Assembly (NCBI GenBank): GCA_963693365.1
Contig: CAVNZM010000001.1
Coordinates: forward strand, 21,398,125 to 21,462,124
Length of the DNA stretch: 64,000 nt
Direction: 5' to 3'
Origin: Amoebidium appalachense
Lineage: Eukaryota > Protista > Ichthyosporea
Part shown: positions 48,564 to 62,508 of the stretch, in pieces
Layout: each line of letters starts with the position of its first letter
How positions within the stretch are numbered: the first letter of the stretch is position 1
Made by a program: the position numbers and the translations under genes
The notes under the pieces: generated by a model
Told to the model about the DNA's origin: nothing
The model's input: only the letters and a program-made list of their open reading frames with translations
Database searches by the model: none

Positions 48564-49064
48564 TTGTGCATGTGCATGTGCGTGTTCATGTGCATGTGCA
48601 TGTGCATGTGTGGACGTCTGCCTCTGTGTACATGTTTAAATTATCTGCTTTAAAGTTCGGAAACGTATTGTTTTAGGGTTGATCAAATATGGGCCAGATA
48701 TACATCGTAAGAATTGGGTAATAGATTAAATACCTTCGTTGTTGTGGTGACCGATAAAATCGAGGAGTTCTTGGGCAATATCCTCTTCCTCTTCTTCCTC
48801 CTCTTGGTCAATTCCCTCTTCCTCACTGTGGTCGCTGTCATCAGCATCCTCACTGTAATATTCATCGTCCTCACTTGAGTTGAGTGGGTCTGCATCAACC
48901 GGCTCCTCAGTGAATTCGTCTGCGGCCTGTGCATCTGTACCGTATATTGTTTTTGTGCAAGTGCGTGTGTGCGTGTGTGTGTGTGTGTGTGTGTGCATGT
49001 GTGAGGGGGGGGGGGGGGGGGAGGGTTTTATTTTTTCTTTTTTTCTTTTTATTTTTATTTTTTT

Positions 49065-49102
<38 letters not shown>

Positions 49103-49621
49103 CGTGGTGAGGAAACGTTTGACATATTATGAGATAGCATGACCGATTTGCCAATGGGGTAGACTATTGTAAGAGAGGTATTTTGTTGCTCAGCCTGAGA
49201 AAGAGACATAATGAAGGATAGAGTTGGTGGGTGGGTGTTGGTATGTACTGGGTAGTTTTCGAAGCGGAAACGCACGTCATGCAAAGATCTAAAACATTGA
49301 CCATGCCATTCTGCAACAGTACCTGGCCTAACAGCACACACAATCAATCATCAGGGCAGGGTAGGCCACGGTTTGTGTATGAGGGGTTTTGTGTGTTTTT
49401 TTGAGGGGGGGGGGGGGGGGGGGGGGGGTTGTCAGTTCGGGGATGGTATTGGCCTAAGCAAGTTACACTAATCCTGTCCTTCAATCGTGTTCATTTTACC
49501 ATTTTGCAAGATCAAGAAGCAAGAATGTCAGGAACAGGATTATAGGGTTATGGTTTTCTCTTTTTTTATTTATTTATTTATTTAATTTTTTTATTATTTT
49601 ATTTTATTTTGGGGTTTTTTT

Positions 49622-49656
<35 letters not shown>

Positions 49657-49795
49657 CCTCACCTGAATCGGGTGAGTCTGCACCATCCTGCTCCTCAGGG
49701 GATTCGTCTACGGCTGGTGCACCTATACGGTATAGTGTTTTTGCGCATGTGCGTGTGTGTGGGGGTGTGTGGGGGTGTGTGGGGGTGTGCGTGGT

Positions 49796-49826
<31 letters not shown>

Positions 49827-49974
49827 TTTGGCCGTGAGGAACTGTTTGACATATTATGAGATAGCATGAAGGGTTTGCTAATGGGGTAGACTATTTGTAG
49901 GAGACACAGATTGTCGCTGAAAGAAACACATTGGTGGGTGGTGGGATGGGATGTGGGTATGTTTTTTTTTTTTT

Positions 49975-50019
<45 letters not shown>

Positions 50020-50297
50020 TACAGACACAACATACAAGTAAACGAGGTACAGGATTCTAGGGTGTGTTTCCATGTTTTTGGGCCATAACAAAGTCCAGCA
50101 AAGTTTACGGGTCTATTGAATGACGATATGGAGAAGACACCGTGAAGGTGTTTGTGAGACTTGTGACTCGTGCCGGGCATAATTTTAAGTGCATGTATGC
50201 CTAGGGGTGGTGAGGGTTGAGGAGAGAGTTGAGGGGGGAAGGGGGTGGAGAAGGGGGGGGGGTGGGGGGTGGGGGTGGTGGTGGTGGTGGTGGTGGT

Positions 50298-50332
<35 letters not shown>

Positions 50333-50634
50333 GGGGGTATCAATCAACCTTTTGCCCTTTTCATGACAGAGTCGATGATGTCTAATGCCGTCTTGTTGTA
50401 TGACATATCCTTTCTGAACAAATTGCCCGTCCCAACCACCATCGGCAGCTCGATGATCTGAGTGTGATCCTTCTTGTCTTTTGTTGGGAGAAAGAATTTT
50501 GAGTCGAGGTTAAGGTGGCCTTCGGTCAAATACCACAGCACCTCGATCGTGCCGTCCTTGTGGACATTCAGAATCTGTTTATCGTGTGTGGGTGTGTGTA
50601 TATGTGTATATTTTCGTTTTTTTTTTGTTTTTTT

Positions 50635-50666
<32 letters not shown>

Positions 50667-50683
50667 TTTTGTTCAGGGAGGAT

Positions 50684-50714
<31 letters not shown>

Positions 50715-51339
50715 GTGGGGGGGGGGAGGGTTTTGATTAATAAGATTAAAACAGTTATAAGATATAGGTTCTTTCAGCCTGGGGATGACAATATTGAACT
50801 CCGGGAGGGAGGGGAGGGAGGGGAGGGGAGGGGAGGGGAGGGGGGGGGGGGGGGGGGGGGTTTAAAAAAATGGCATTTCATTTTTTTAAAAAACTTAGTA
50901 CTAAAGTCGATGCAGTCTTGACATCAAATTATGGAACAGAAATCCACAGCAGTTACCATAGTAAAGTATACAGTAACAGCCGATATGTAACCGGATTCTG
51001 CTTCAACATTATTTTCAATCATGTTGAAGCAATCATGTTGAAGGAAGTGATCTCGAAGGATACAAGGGGAAGAGAGTGGGAGAATGGAAGTAGGGACGGG
51101 TACGGTGTGTGTATGAGGGTATAGGGGTTTAAAGTGGATATTGGCGGGTCACGGTGGGGGGGGGGGGGGGGGGGGGGGAAGGGTGGGGCGGGGGAGGGGG
51201 GAAGGGTGTGGGGGGGGGGGAGGGGGGAAGGGTGGGGGGGGGGTGTGGGGGGGGGGGGGTTTGAGAAATGCAGGAGGAAGGGGGGGAGGGGGGAGAAAGA
51301 GGGGGGAGGGGGGGGGGGGAGGGTGGGGGGGGTGTGTGT

Positions 51340-51370
<31 letters not shown>

Positions 51371-51977
51371 GGGAAGGGAGGGGGGGAGGGGGGGAGAACC
51401 TTCGCCGGTTCGGGGATGGCCTCGGGGTTGTAGCTGTCGGTGGGGTTGACAATTATGAGAACAATTTCACCCTTCTTGGCGTTTGAGTACGGGCTTGGAT
51501 TCTTCCACTCTGCCAAGCGTGCTCGTTTCCCAGGGTCCCGGTACGCCCCTGAGTATGGTGCTTTGAAGGGCTTGTCCTGCCGCAAGCTGGGCAGCGGATC
51601 CTCAATCGGCTCCGGTTCGACAGCCACCTGTTCGGTATGTACTGGTTAGTTGTTCAAGGGGAAATGCGCGTCATGCAAACTTCTATAAAATTGACCATGT
51701 CATTGTGCAACCGTACCTAACAGCGCACACCAGGGCTGGGTGGGTCACGTTGTGTGTATGAGGGTGTTTGTGTGTTTGAAGGAGGGAGGGGGGGGGGGGG
51801 GGGAGAGAGAGAGAGGGACGGGGGGGGGGGGGGTTGCCGGTTCTAGGACGGTATTGGCCTTACACAAGTTATGCAAATCATGTCCTTCAATAGAGTTCAT
51901 TTGTTCGATAGTGTTCCTAACTATTTGCAAATGTGTGTGAGTGTGTGTTTGTGTCTACGTGTGTGTGTTGTGTGTAT

Positions 51978-52015
<38 letters not shown>

Positions 52016-55000
52016 ACCTGTTCTGGTTCTGTTGTAATACGTAGTATTTACATATTGTAAGATCTTCTCAGTTCGTGTTATTTTTCATTCATTTACTTAA
52101 TGAAAAAGATGTGCTCCTTGTACGTAAATTATGACATCGATCTCAGTGTATTTGAGTACTTGTAATCGTGTTGTGTCGGCTATATTTGTGTATTTAGATA
52201 TCGATTACAGCAACTGATTATAGGTACACGAGTCTACCCAGTGAGGGAGAAACGTGTACATGTTATTGTACATGAATATCTTCGGTTATAACTGTGTTTT
52301 CATGTTCGTGTTTTCTGTCCTGCTTTCTTTTCTTTTTCCTCTTTCTTCTTCTTTCTTTTCTCTTTCTTTCTTCTCTTTTTCCTTTCATTTAATTATATTT
52401 CTCTCTCACTAATATACGTTGAGTAGATTTATATTACTCGTTATGTTTTGATTGGTAGAAAAACACTTAGGTTACACTTTAGCTTGTCAGGTATGATTCA
52501 TAGCTTAGTCAACCACTTTTGTTTTTTGTTGCCGTACTATATCAATCAGTGGACTTAGTCAGAAAATGTCTGAGTCTTTGTAGCCGATGATAGGTTAGAA
52601 ACATCACCTCTTTCCTCGTTACTCTTCACCTCTTTTCTTTCTTATAGCTGTGACCTATGGTGTGTGTTCCCGCGTCTCCGGATCTATCCGGGAAATAATC
52701 AGTTAATTGTGATTGGTTATTTTAGACATAGATTGATTCCGACTGGTCGGAAATCATGTATGGATTTAACTTAAGGGAATTTCAGGTTTTTTAGCGATCA
52801 AAATAAATTGAGTTCAGTCGTGTCTAAACATTGATGTCTGTTGTGTACACTGCTCCGATCGTTTCCGTGTTTTGTTGTTTGTGTGTCTGTGGTGTTTTTA
52901 CACTGCACCACTGTGTCTCTGCTTACTTCCCAAATACTTATACAATTTAACAGGTTATGCAGCCCTTTTGCACGCTCCCTACACACATCTAGAACTAGCG
53001 CTCGTTTTTCAATCATGGATCCAAACAAAACTGGCGTAAACAAAATCACCATGTGGAAAGGTGAAGGGAAGACTGGTCCCGATAGCAAAACCACCTATTT
53101 TCAATGGGAAATCATTTTTCTCGGCATGATGACCGGCACTAAAGGTGTCCGACTCGTGGATGTTGTACTTGCTGACAACTACGTCCCCCCTACCACCGTC
53201 GCGGTTGACGGTGAACCCCCCTTCTATGGCTACGGCACTACCGCGGAACTCAAGGAGGCCCGCAATTGCCTCCTGCTCCATATGATACAGAACATCGACC
53301 CTTCCGTACTCACCACCGTTGCCCAGTACCGTATTGGCATGGACCCTGAACGGGCCATGTGGAAATTCCGTCAACACTATCTCCAAGGCAAACCCGATCA
53401 GATCCGCATCCTTCACCGTCAGTGGGATGCCTGTGCCCTTCAGCCCGGTGAATCATTCACCACCTACCTGAGCCGTCTGCAGACCATCGTGAACCAGCTC
53501 CAGTCTCTTCAAGATGAGTCCATTCACTTCACTCGTCTAGCTGAGAAGTTCTTCAATGAACTCACCACCAGAGACGACCTCACCCCTGAGTTCAACCGTC
53601 TTATCGAAGACTATCACTTCGGTGATAAGCTATTCCCCGACTTCGAGTCCCTCCACAACCACGTCAAGGGCATCGAGTTACGTCAAGACCTCAAGATGCA
53701 ACTCCGGAGCAACCGTGCCCACCGTGCCTCCAAGTCCAGCATGGCATTAAATGCCAGTGCTCCCCCCGTGATCTTCCTCGCCGTGACATACGCACCCGAC
53801 TTGACCGTACCCCTGGTACGGACCTCCGAACTCGTCTCTCCCGACAGCACACCCGATCCCGTTCTCCCCACCGGCCTGCCTTCCGGTCCACGTCTCGTTC
53901 CCCCAGTCGTTCCCGTTTCTCGGGTTCCCGTCGTTCTGATTCCCCGGCTCGTTCTAACACCCCGTCCGTGAAAGAATGCTCCTACTGCCACGAGCCTGAT
54001 CACACGATCATCGATTGCCCTGAGCCGAAATGCCGTATGTCCAGACACAACCGTTCCCGTCAAGGCAGTGAGAAATCTGTCTCCTTTGCTTTCTCGGCAT
54101 ACAATGCTAGCTCCGTCCCCGTGTCCTCCGACCCTGCCTGGGATTCCGGGTGCAACATGACTGTCTGCCCCACCCGTGAGTTCTTCCATGACCTCACTCC
54201 CCTTCCGACACCGACTCCCGTTGCTGCCTTCAATGGCACCCCCGTCTTGGCCACTCACACCGGCCATATCGTCCTCAACACCACCACCGACCATGGCACT
54301 GCCACCCTTACCATTGAAGCCTACTACACCCCGTCTGGCCAAGCCTTCCTCATTTCAACATCCCAAGCTGCTGCCGAATACATCAAGGGTGATTTGAACG
54401 ATGCCTCCACTCCGTCATTCCTCTTCGACCGTCTCACCGGCCGTCACCTCGTCAACCTCCGTCTACACAACGGTCTGTATTACTTCAAGGACTACACCAT
54501 TCAACCACCCACTCGTCCTGTGGCTCTGGCTGCCACTACCAGTGTTAACCCATCCATCTGGCACCATCGTCTGGGGCACCGTGCTATGACCAGCATCAAG
54601 GACATGGTCAAACACGACCTTGTTATTGGTCTCCCCTCCTCTGTCCTCGACTGTGATGTTCCTGATTGTCATGGCTGCATTATGGGTAAAACCACCAAGG
54701 CTCCGTTCAAGGGTGACCGTCCTCACTCCAACATCCCCGGTCATGAATGGCATTGGGATTTTTTGAGCCTACCACAACATCGTACGGAGGTTCCAAGGTT
54801 GCTCTCGTCACTGTCTGCCGTGCCTCTGGACTCGTCAAGATCTACCCGATGGCCGACCGTACCACCACCCTGGACATTCTCACAGCTCACACCAACCTCG
54901 TTGCCACCCATGCCCCCTCCAAAGTTGGTGTTTACCACTTCGACTCCGGCTCTGAGTTCACCTCCAAGGATACCCGTGCCTTTTGCCTCTCCCAGGGCAT

Positions 55001-58000
55001 CAAGGCCAGCTATGCTCCGGTGGACTGCCCTCAACTGAACGGCTATGTTGAACGACATATGCGGTTCCTCCAAGAGATTGTCCGTTGCCTCCTCCATCAA
55101 GTCCAAGATCAGTCTCTGTCTCCCAAACTGTGGGCTGAGGCCCTCCAACACGCCGCCTACATCATCAACGTCACCCCGTCCACGATTGCCAATGGTCGTA
55201 CACCATTCGAGGTTTTCTACGGTGTCAAGCCCGACATCTCCGAGCTCAAAGTGTTCGGTTGCCCTGCCTACACTCACGTGCCAGCCTCTAAACGGAACAA
55301 GCTGGCCCCCACCGTCAAACTCGGCATGTATATCGGCTATGATCTTCAATCACACTGCCACCGGATCTTCAATGCCACCACCCATCGTGTCGGCCTCTTC
55401 CGTGATGTGATTTTCGACGAATCAGCTTATCTCCCGTCCGACATTCCATCAACCCTTCCGACCCCCGACACCACTGCTACCTCGACCACCCCACCCCCCA
55501 CGGTTGACACTGCAGATGATGTTTGTCTGGTGTACTCTGGCCCCCCTCCTGCCATCGTCGTTCCCCCGACACCCCCCCCCCACCGGCCCCCCTGCCCCCG
55601 TGCCCGTCCAGCCTGCCGACCCTCATCCTGCCCCTGGCAACGTCACACCCATCCGACCCGGCTCCCCCGACAACTTCCACTCGGCCCCGTCCAGCCCGGA
55701 GGTTGCCCCCCCTGCACTTCCGAACTTCCAAGTTCCCCCCCACCGTCTCCACCTCCCCCGGTTCCTGCACCCCGTCGTTCTGCCCGTCTACAGGGCAAGG
55801 TTAGACTTCAAGCAACCACCACCCTCCCAGTCCCCCCCGGTCCCCCCATCAACATCGACCAACTACCCAAACTTGTCCGTCAACTGTGTTCCGGACCCAA
55901 TGGTGACCAGGTCAAGTCCGCCCTGACTGCTGAGTATCAGGCCTTCGTCGACAAAGACATCTTTGAACTTGTTGACCCTCCCCCTGGTGCTAACATCGTC
56001 GGCTTCAAGTGGATTGTCTCCGAGAAAACTCTCAACTCGGCTGGTGACACCAAGATCAAGGCACGTGGTGTTGCTCAAGGCTTCAGTCAGCAATACGGTG
56101 TTGACTATGAGTTGATTGAGAGCCCTGTCATCCGTCCGGCTGCTCTCCGTGCCATCCTAGCTCTGGCCGTTGTTGAAGGTCATGACATCCATCAACTCGA
56201 CGTGTCTACGGCCTTTCTCAACAGCCCACTCACCGAGACCATCTACATGAAACAACCCCCGGGATTCATCACCATGGCCACACTTGGCAAGGTCTGGAGA
56301 CTCAAGAAAGCCCTGTACGGCCTCAAGCAAGCCTCCAAGGCTTGGTACGACTTCCTCGACGGCATTCTTCTTGCCCATGGCCTGACCCGTACTAAGACCG
56401 ACCCGTGCATCTACCTCCGGTTCTTCCCCAACAACTTTGTGGTTCGGGCTGGTAACTACGTCGACGACTCCACCATCACCAACACCCGGGGTTCTACTGC
56501 TGCCAGTGACCTGGCTGCCCACATCAGCAAGATGGCCAGCTGTCGTATGAGTCCATTTGACCGTATGCTCGGTGTTGATTTTAATCACTCTGATCCCCAT
56601 CACCTCCACATGCACCAGAGGTCTTACATCATGGATATCATCCACGACTTCAAGCTCACCGATGCCAATTCCAAGTCTACCCCCATCCCTGCAGGCACCA
56701 CCGTCTCCCTGGCTGACTCCCCCCCCAACCGTTCACCGTGCCCTACCGTGAGTTACTCGGCCGTCTCCTCTGGGTGGCACGGTGCACACGTCCCGACATT
56801 GCCTATGCCATCGGCTTCCTTGGTCGGTTCAGCACCAACCCCGGCAAGACTCACTGGGACCTTCTCCGTCGTGTGGCCCGGTACCTGCTCGGCACCATTG
56901 ACCTTGGCATTGACTACAAGTACTCGGCCACCCAGTCCCCCATACTCGCATGCTACACGGATGCTGACTTTGCTGGTTGTGCCGACAGCAAGAAGTCTAC
57001 CACCGGCTACATTATCGAGTTTGCTGGTATGCCCATCATCTGGTACTCCAAGCTCCAGCCCATCACGGCCACCAGCACCACTGAAGCTGAGCTGATTGCT
57101 CTCAATGCTGGTACCCAAGAAGTTGTTTGGGTCCGTGACCTCTTCAAGGAACTCGGCTGTCCCATGCTTACTCCGACTCCGGTGTACTGTGACAACCAGT
57201 CGACCATTGCCATCGTCAACTCCACCGGCATCAAGCACCGTACCAAACACATTGCCGTCCGGTATCACAACACCAAGGACTACATTGCCAGTGGGGACGT
57301 GGTTGTCCACTACGTCGAGTCAGCTCACAACTTGGCCGACATCCTCACCAAACCCCTCCCTGGCCCGAGTCACGTCACCCATCGTGCCCGACTTTGTGTG
57401 CCGGACATTGTCGATTGACCAGACCTACTTCAAGAGTGATTTTCTAATGTTTACTACTTACTTTATTATGATCATTATTTCATATGTATTGCCTTTGTGG
57501 GTATGCCCACTTAGGGTTTATATATAAGGTTTGACCTGTACCGCGACTCTACTCTATCTTTCACTGGTTTCACACCCAGTTAATCAAACCCCGACTATAC
57601 ACGGTATATATATTCGTTGTTTTTGCCCCGGTTCCTTCCCCCCCTTCCCCCCCCCCCTCCCCCCCCCCTTCCCCCCCCCCTCCCCCCCCCCCCCCGGGAA
57701 AAGTCCACACTTTAATTTTTTTTTTTTTTTCCGTTTCTGTTCTCAAGTGGGGAGATTCACTAGTTCAGTGGGGAATGATAACACAAACTTCAAAGTCTTA
57801 AGTGGGGATTTTAATACGTAGTATTACATATTGTAAGATCTTCTCAGTTCGTGTTATGTTTTCATTCATTTACTTAATGAAAAAGATCTTTATATGACAT
57901 CGATCTCAGTGTATTTGAGTACTTGTAATCGTTTGTTCGGCTATTTAGATACGAACCTGAAAGGTCAGTCTAAGTGAGGAGAAAGTTATGTTATTTATGT

Positions 58001-59065
58001 TCTTCGGTTTAATTTTTTCATTTTTTTTCTGTCCTGCTTTCTTTTCTTTTTCCTCTTTCTTCTTCTTTCTTTTCTCTTTCTTTCTTCTCTTGTTTCCTTT
58101 CATTTAATTATATTTCTCTCTCACTAATATACGTTGAGTAGATTTATATTACTCGTTATGTTTTGATTGGTAGAAAAACACTTAGGTTACACTTTAGCTT
58201 GTCAGGTATGATTCATAGCTTAGTCAACCACTTTTGTTTTGTGTGTTGCCGTACTATATCCAATCAGTGGACTTAGTCAGAAAATGTCTGAGTCTTTGTA
58301 GCCGATGATAGGTTAGAAACATCACCTCTTTCCTCGTTACTCTTCACCTCTTTTCTTTCTTATAGCTGTGACCTATGGTGTGTGTTCCCGCGTCTCCGGA
58401 TCTATCCGGGAAATAATCAGTTAATTTGATTGTTATTTTAGAATAGATTGATTTCGACTGGTGGAAATCATGTATGATTAACTTAAGGATTAGGTTTTTT
58501 AGCGATCAAAATAAATTGAGTTCAGTCGTGTCTAAACATTGATGTCTGTTGTGTACACTGCTCCGATCGTTTCCGTGTTTTGTTGTTGTGTGTGTCTGTG
58601 GTGTTTTTACCTTGCACCACTGTGTCTCTGCTTACTTCCCAAATACTTATACAATTTAACAGGTTCTGCACCTCCAGCCTGGGCCAACTCTCTCTTTCGG
58701 TGTATGAATTCTAGGGTTCTTGTTAGAGGGTCTACCTCTTCCTTGTATTCAAATCCCGGAGGAGGGCGCTCATTCTCGACGGCCTCTGCAAACCGCAGAT
58801 ACCATTCTCGTTGCTCAGGGGAAAGATCTTTTCCAACACCTCCCATGTTCTCTGGGTTGAGCTGTTCCCGCCATTGGGAGACGGGCTGGGTCTGTTTTGC
58901 AGCTGTACCGTCCTCGAATCGAATATGAAGCCGTGGTGGGCGGGCGTCGGCTGGAATGACCTCCTTGAAAGCCCACATAATATCATCCATGGGAGACCAC
59001 TCCGGGTCAGTGCAATATCTCTTCCACCGGATTCCTACCTGTGATTTTTTTTTTCGGGAGGAGAA

Positions 59066-59097
<32 letters not shown>

Positions 59098-59184
59098 GTC
59101 TTTGGGGAGGGGTTTGTGGAGGGGGTTGTGGGGTTGTGTTGGGAGGAGTGTGTGTGTGTGTGTGGTGGTGGTGGTGGTGGTGGT

Positions 59185-59215
<31 letters not shown>

Positions 59216-59645
59216 AGAAGTCAGACATAGTGACTACGAACTGTGGGAACATTTGTGTGGCTGTTTGGCCTTAAACGTTATGGGCGAGTTCGGTTTCAGC
59301 CAACCCCAAAACAACTTAGATATTCAAGAAAGGGAAGGGGGTCTGCCGATATCATGTGGGCCGTAAAGACATACTTTGTCTGTTACAGTACATAACGTCC
59401 ATGTGCAAGTACGTCTCGCGTGTAGGTATCTCAATTTCGGGTGTGTTTCTGGGTGGGCTGGGTGGGTCGGTTGGTGGGACGGTGGGTTGTTTGGTGTGGC
59501 TGGATATGTTTTTTTTTTATTTTTTTATTTTAAATTTTTTTTTGGAAATTAGTTTTTCTTTTCAATTTATTCTTTCATTCCCCAAAAATGCTGATATCCT
59601 GTTGGCCGTAAAAACGAACACTTAAATCCTTTTTTTTTTTTTTTG

Positions 59646-59700
<55 letters not shown>

Positions 59701-61138
59701 GGGGGGTCCTACACGCTGGGCATTGAATTCCGGGTGATGGTGGTGGGCAATCTCGAACGCATGACACTGCGTGAGTTGGTGTAGCCCGTACATGTATGGC
59801 GTAAAAAACGACTTGAAGTCCCACATGTCCGTAACCACATGCACGCGGTGCTTCTCTCCATTTGCTGTCTGTTCGATGCACACTCGGGCTATTTCCAACA
59901 GCTGGTCCCATGTAGCAATATGCTGTCTCAGAAGAAGTCGCCAGAACACGGAAAACTTCTGGTCCTGTGATGGGGAGAGGGGTGTATGTGCGTGTATGTG
60001 GGGGGGGGGGGGGGGGGGGAGTAGGGGATGGGGGGGAGACGGGAGGGGCGTAAATTAACATTATGTTGGCTAATGTGTAAGTAATACAAAGAATCCATAA
60101 AGTTTTACGTTTTGCATCATGTAACCTTTACTTCGTTAATCATTTCCTGAACATGTGGTTACAGTGTGTATCAGAAGAAAGGTGGGAGGGTAGGGAGTGC
60201 TTGATAGAGGGGGAGGGGGGGGGGGGGGGGGGGGAGGGGGGGGGGGGGAGGGGGGGGGGAGGGGGAGGGGAGGACCTGTAGGCCGTGTGTATGCCCGACA
60301 ATCATGTTGCACACGATGATCTTTTTGAACAACCCACGTTCGACCATATATGCCAGAAAGCAGTAAACGTATTGGTTCTTACTTTCGCCGGCTGAGTTGT
60401 CGTGGGAGCATATGAGGGTGCCTGTCCCGTCCAACTTGATATTGTCCCGGTCGTAGAACAGGGTCTCTGCCAGTGCATTGATTGCACAATTTGCACCCTT
60501 TCCGTAGAGGCCTGTGTGGGATGGGCATCGTAGTTAAACGTGGTGCCTAGCAACCTTGAAGGACAATATCCCTCCCTCCTCCCCCTCATTCTACCATTCT
60601 CCACCCCCACTCCCCCCCCCACACACACACTTATCCCCTCACCCCCCCACTCCCAAACCCCCTCCCCCCCCCCCCCTCTTCCCCTCCCTCCCTCCCCCTC
60701 CTCCCTCCCCTCCCCCCCGGCCTGAAAATAAATAAATAAATATATATATAATAATAAAAAGAAAGGGTGGGGTAGAATAAGAATAAGTTGCAAAGGTAAA
60801 ATGAACAAAGGGTATACCAGAGAAAAATCTTCCATATCAGTATTATCACTTGGAACATTCGAAGTAGTCGAAATTGTTTGTGATCACATGTATGAGTGTG
60901 TGCGTATATGTTGCGTAGGCTTGTGTGTGAGTGTGATAGTGTGTGTGTGTTGGTTTGAATATTAATGGCTGGTATTAAGCAAGGGTATGGCTCGAGATGA
61001 ATCACGGTCACTGTACAAGTGTTACTTGTTCTATATATTTAAATGTTGGATGCTGGAGTGGTGGAGCCGGCGTGTACAATAGCGTCTGTGGGGTTGCGTG
61101 GGATGGGTACTTGTTTGTTTTGTGTGTGGGGTTTTTTT

Positions 61139-61189
<51 letters not shown>

Positions 61190-61700
61190 GGGGGGGGGGG
61201 GGGGGGGGGGAACCTGCATCCATGTAGAAACAAGAAGTGCGGCCATAGAGCGTGCATCCCATGTTGATAGGTCCCAGTAGTCCTTGGATGCGCACTTCCT
61301 TGTCCGATGACACACGGGACGGGACCACCACCTTCTTCTTGTCTTGTGCATCGCACTCGATCATCATCACCTCAGTAGGGTTGATGAGGGCCCTGCGGAT
61401 GCAACTGGTATAGTGTGCACGGGCAGCCCTGTGCTGACAGACGCAAACGGTGAGACGGGGTGTGGACTCGCCAGCACCTTACTGTTTGTGGTTGCATGGG
61501 CATTAGGGTGCGACGAGCCTTCAAGCAAGTATCCAAAAACAGGGATTTCAGTGCAAACTTCTCTGGCATATTCGCATGAGCCACATGGTTTTCAAGCCAG
61601 TACCATTCAGATAGCACCCTTCCCAACCCCAACTCTGAAGTTGTTCTTTGTTAAGGGTGACTTTGGTGGGTGGGTGGGTGCGGAGGTGAGTGGGAGGGGG

Positions 61701-61736
<36 letters not shown>

Positions 61737-61871
61737 AAGAGCTACGTGAGGAAGGGATTAGGTTAGGGATCATCGGTGTGTACTTACAGTTATGTAATTT
61801 TTCAATAACGCCTTAACTGAGCCTTGATTTTTTTTTGTGAGCAGGGATAAATGGTGGTGTGTGTGTGTGTG

Positions 61872-61909
<38 letters not shown>

Positions 61910-62464
61910 TGCGTGTGATAAGAAATGGATGGATGAAGGGGATTGGGGGGAGGAGGGGGGGGGGGGAGGGGAGGGGGGGGGGGGGGGCGACCTTTGTTGC
62001 TCTCTGTGGTACTGCATTTTCTCTTGCAGCGTTGACCGGTTCTCCAGTGACAGCCGTTTTCTCGCACGCACTCGGATAGCCATACAGTCACCACACTCGC
62101 TAGTTATGGAACGATTTGGAAACGTAAAGCATTGCAGTCTGAGGTCGGACGCCAGTGTTTGGTAAAAGAATGCCTCCGACACTACCGGCTGGTCTGGGCC
62201 GCATCGCCGGTATATGCAGTAGTCGACGAAGATTGTTCTTCTTGTGAAACCTGGGGTAAAAACATTTGTCAGGAAAAGTTCGCTGTGTACATCAACTAAC
62301 TCGCTTTCAGCAGGGGAGCACGTCATATTCCACCCCCCCCCTCTTACGCGCACACATGCACTTCCACACACACACCAAACATTCCCGTATGTTCCCCTTG
62401 AAGAACATGGCGTAGCAATTTATGGTAAGGGTGGGGTTAAGGCAAGGGGATATGGGGGAGTGAA

Positions 62465-62508
<44 letters not shown>

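Larger units (their letters stand above)
52030..58661 (+). mobile_element. Full-length Ty1/Copia LTR retrotransposon
   Basis: TG...CA ends; 5-bp TSD GGTTC at 52025-52029 and 58662-58666; two LTRs; PBS at 52953; PPT AAGTGGGGA at ~57800; domain order gag-PR-INT-RT-RH. Confidence 0.96.

Noticed and set aside
53755-53775. Conserved programmed -1 frameshift at a C6 run in both gag genes (also ~45440)
   Set aside because: The same one-base loss occurs at other homopolymers inside integrase and RT, and Copia gag-pol is normally one ORF, so sequencing error is more likely. Accurate reads showing C6 in both families would reopen this.
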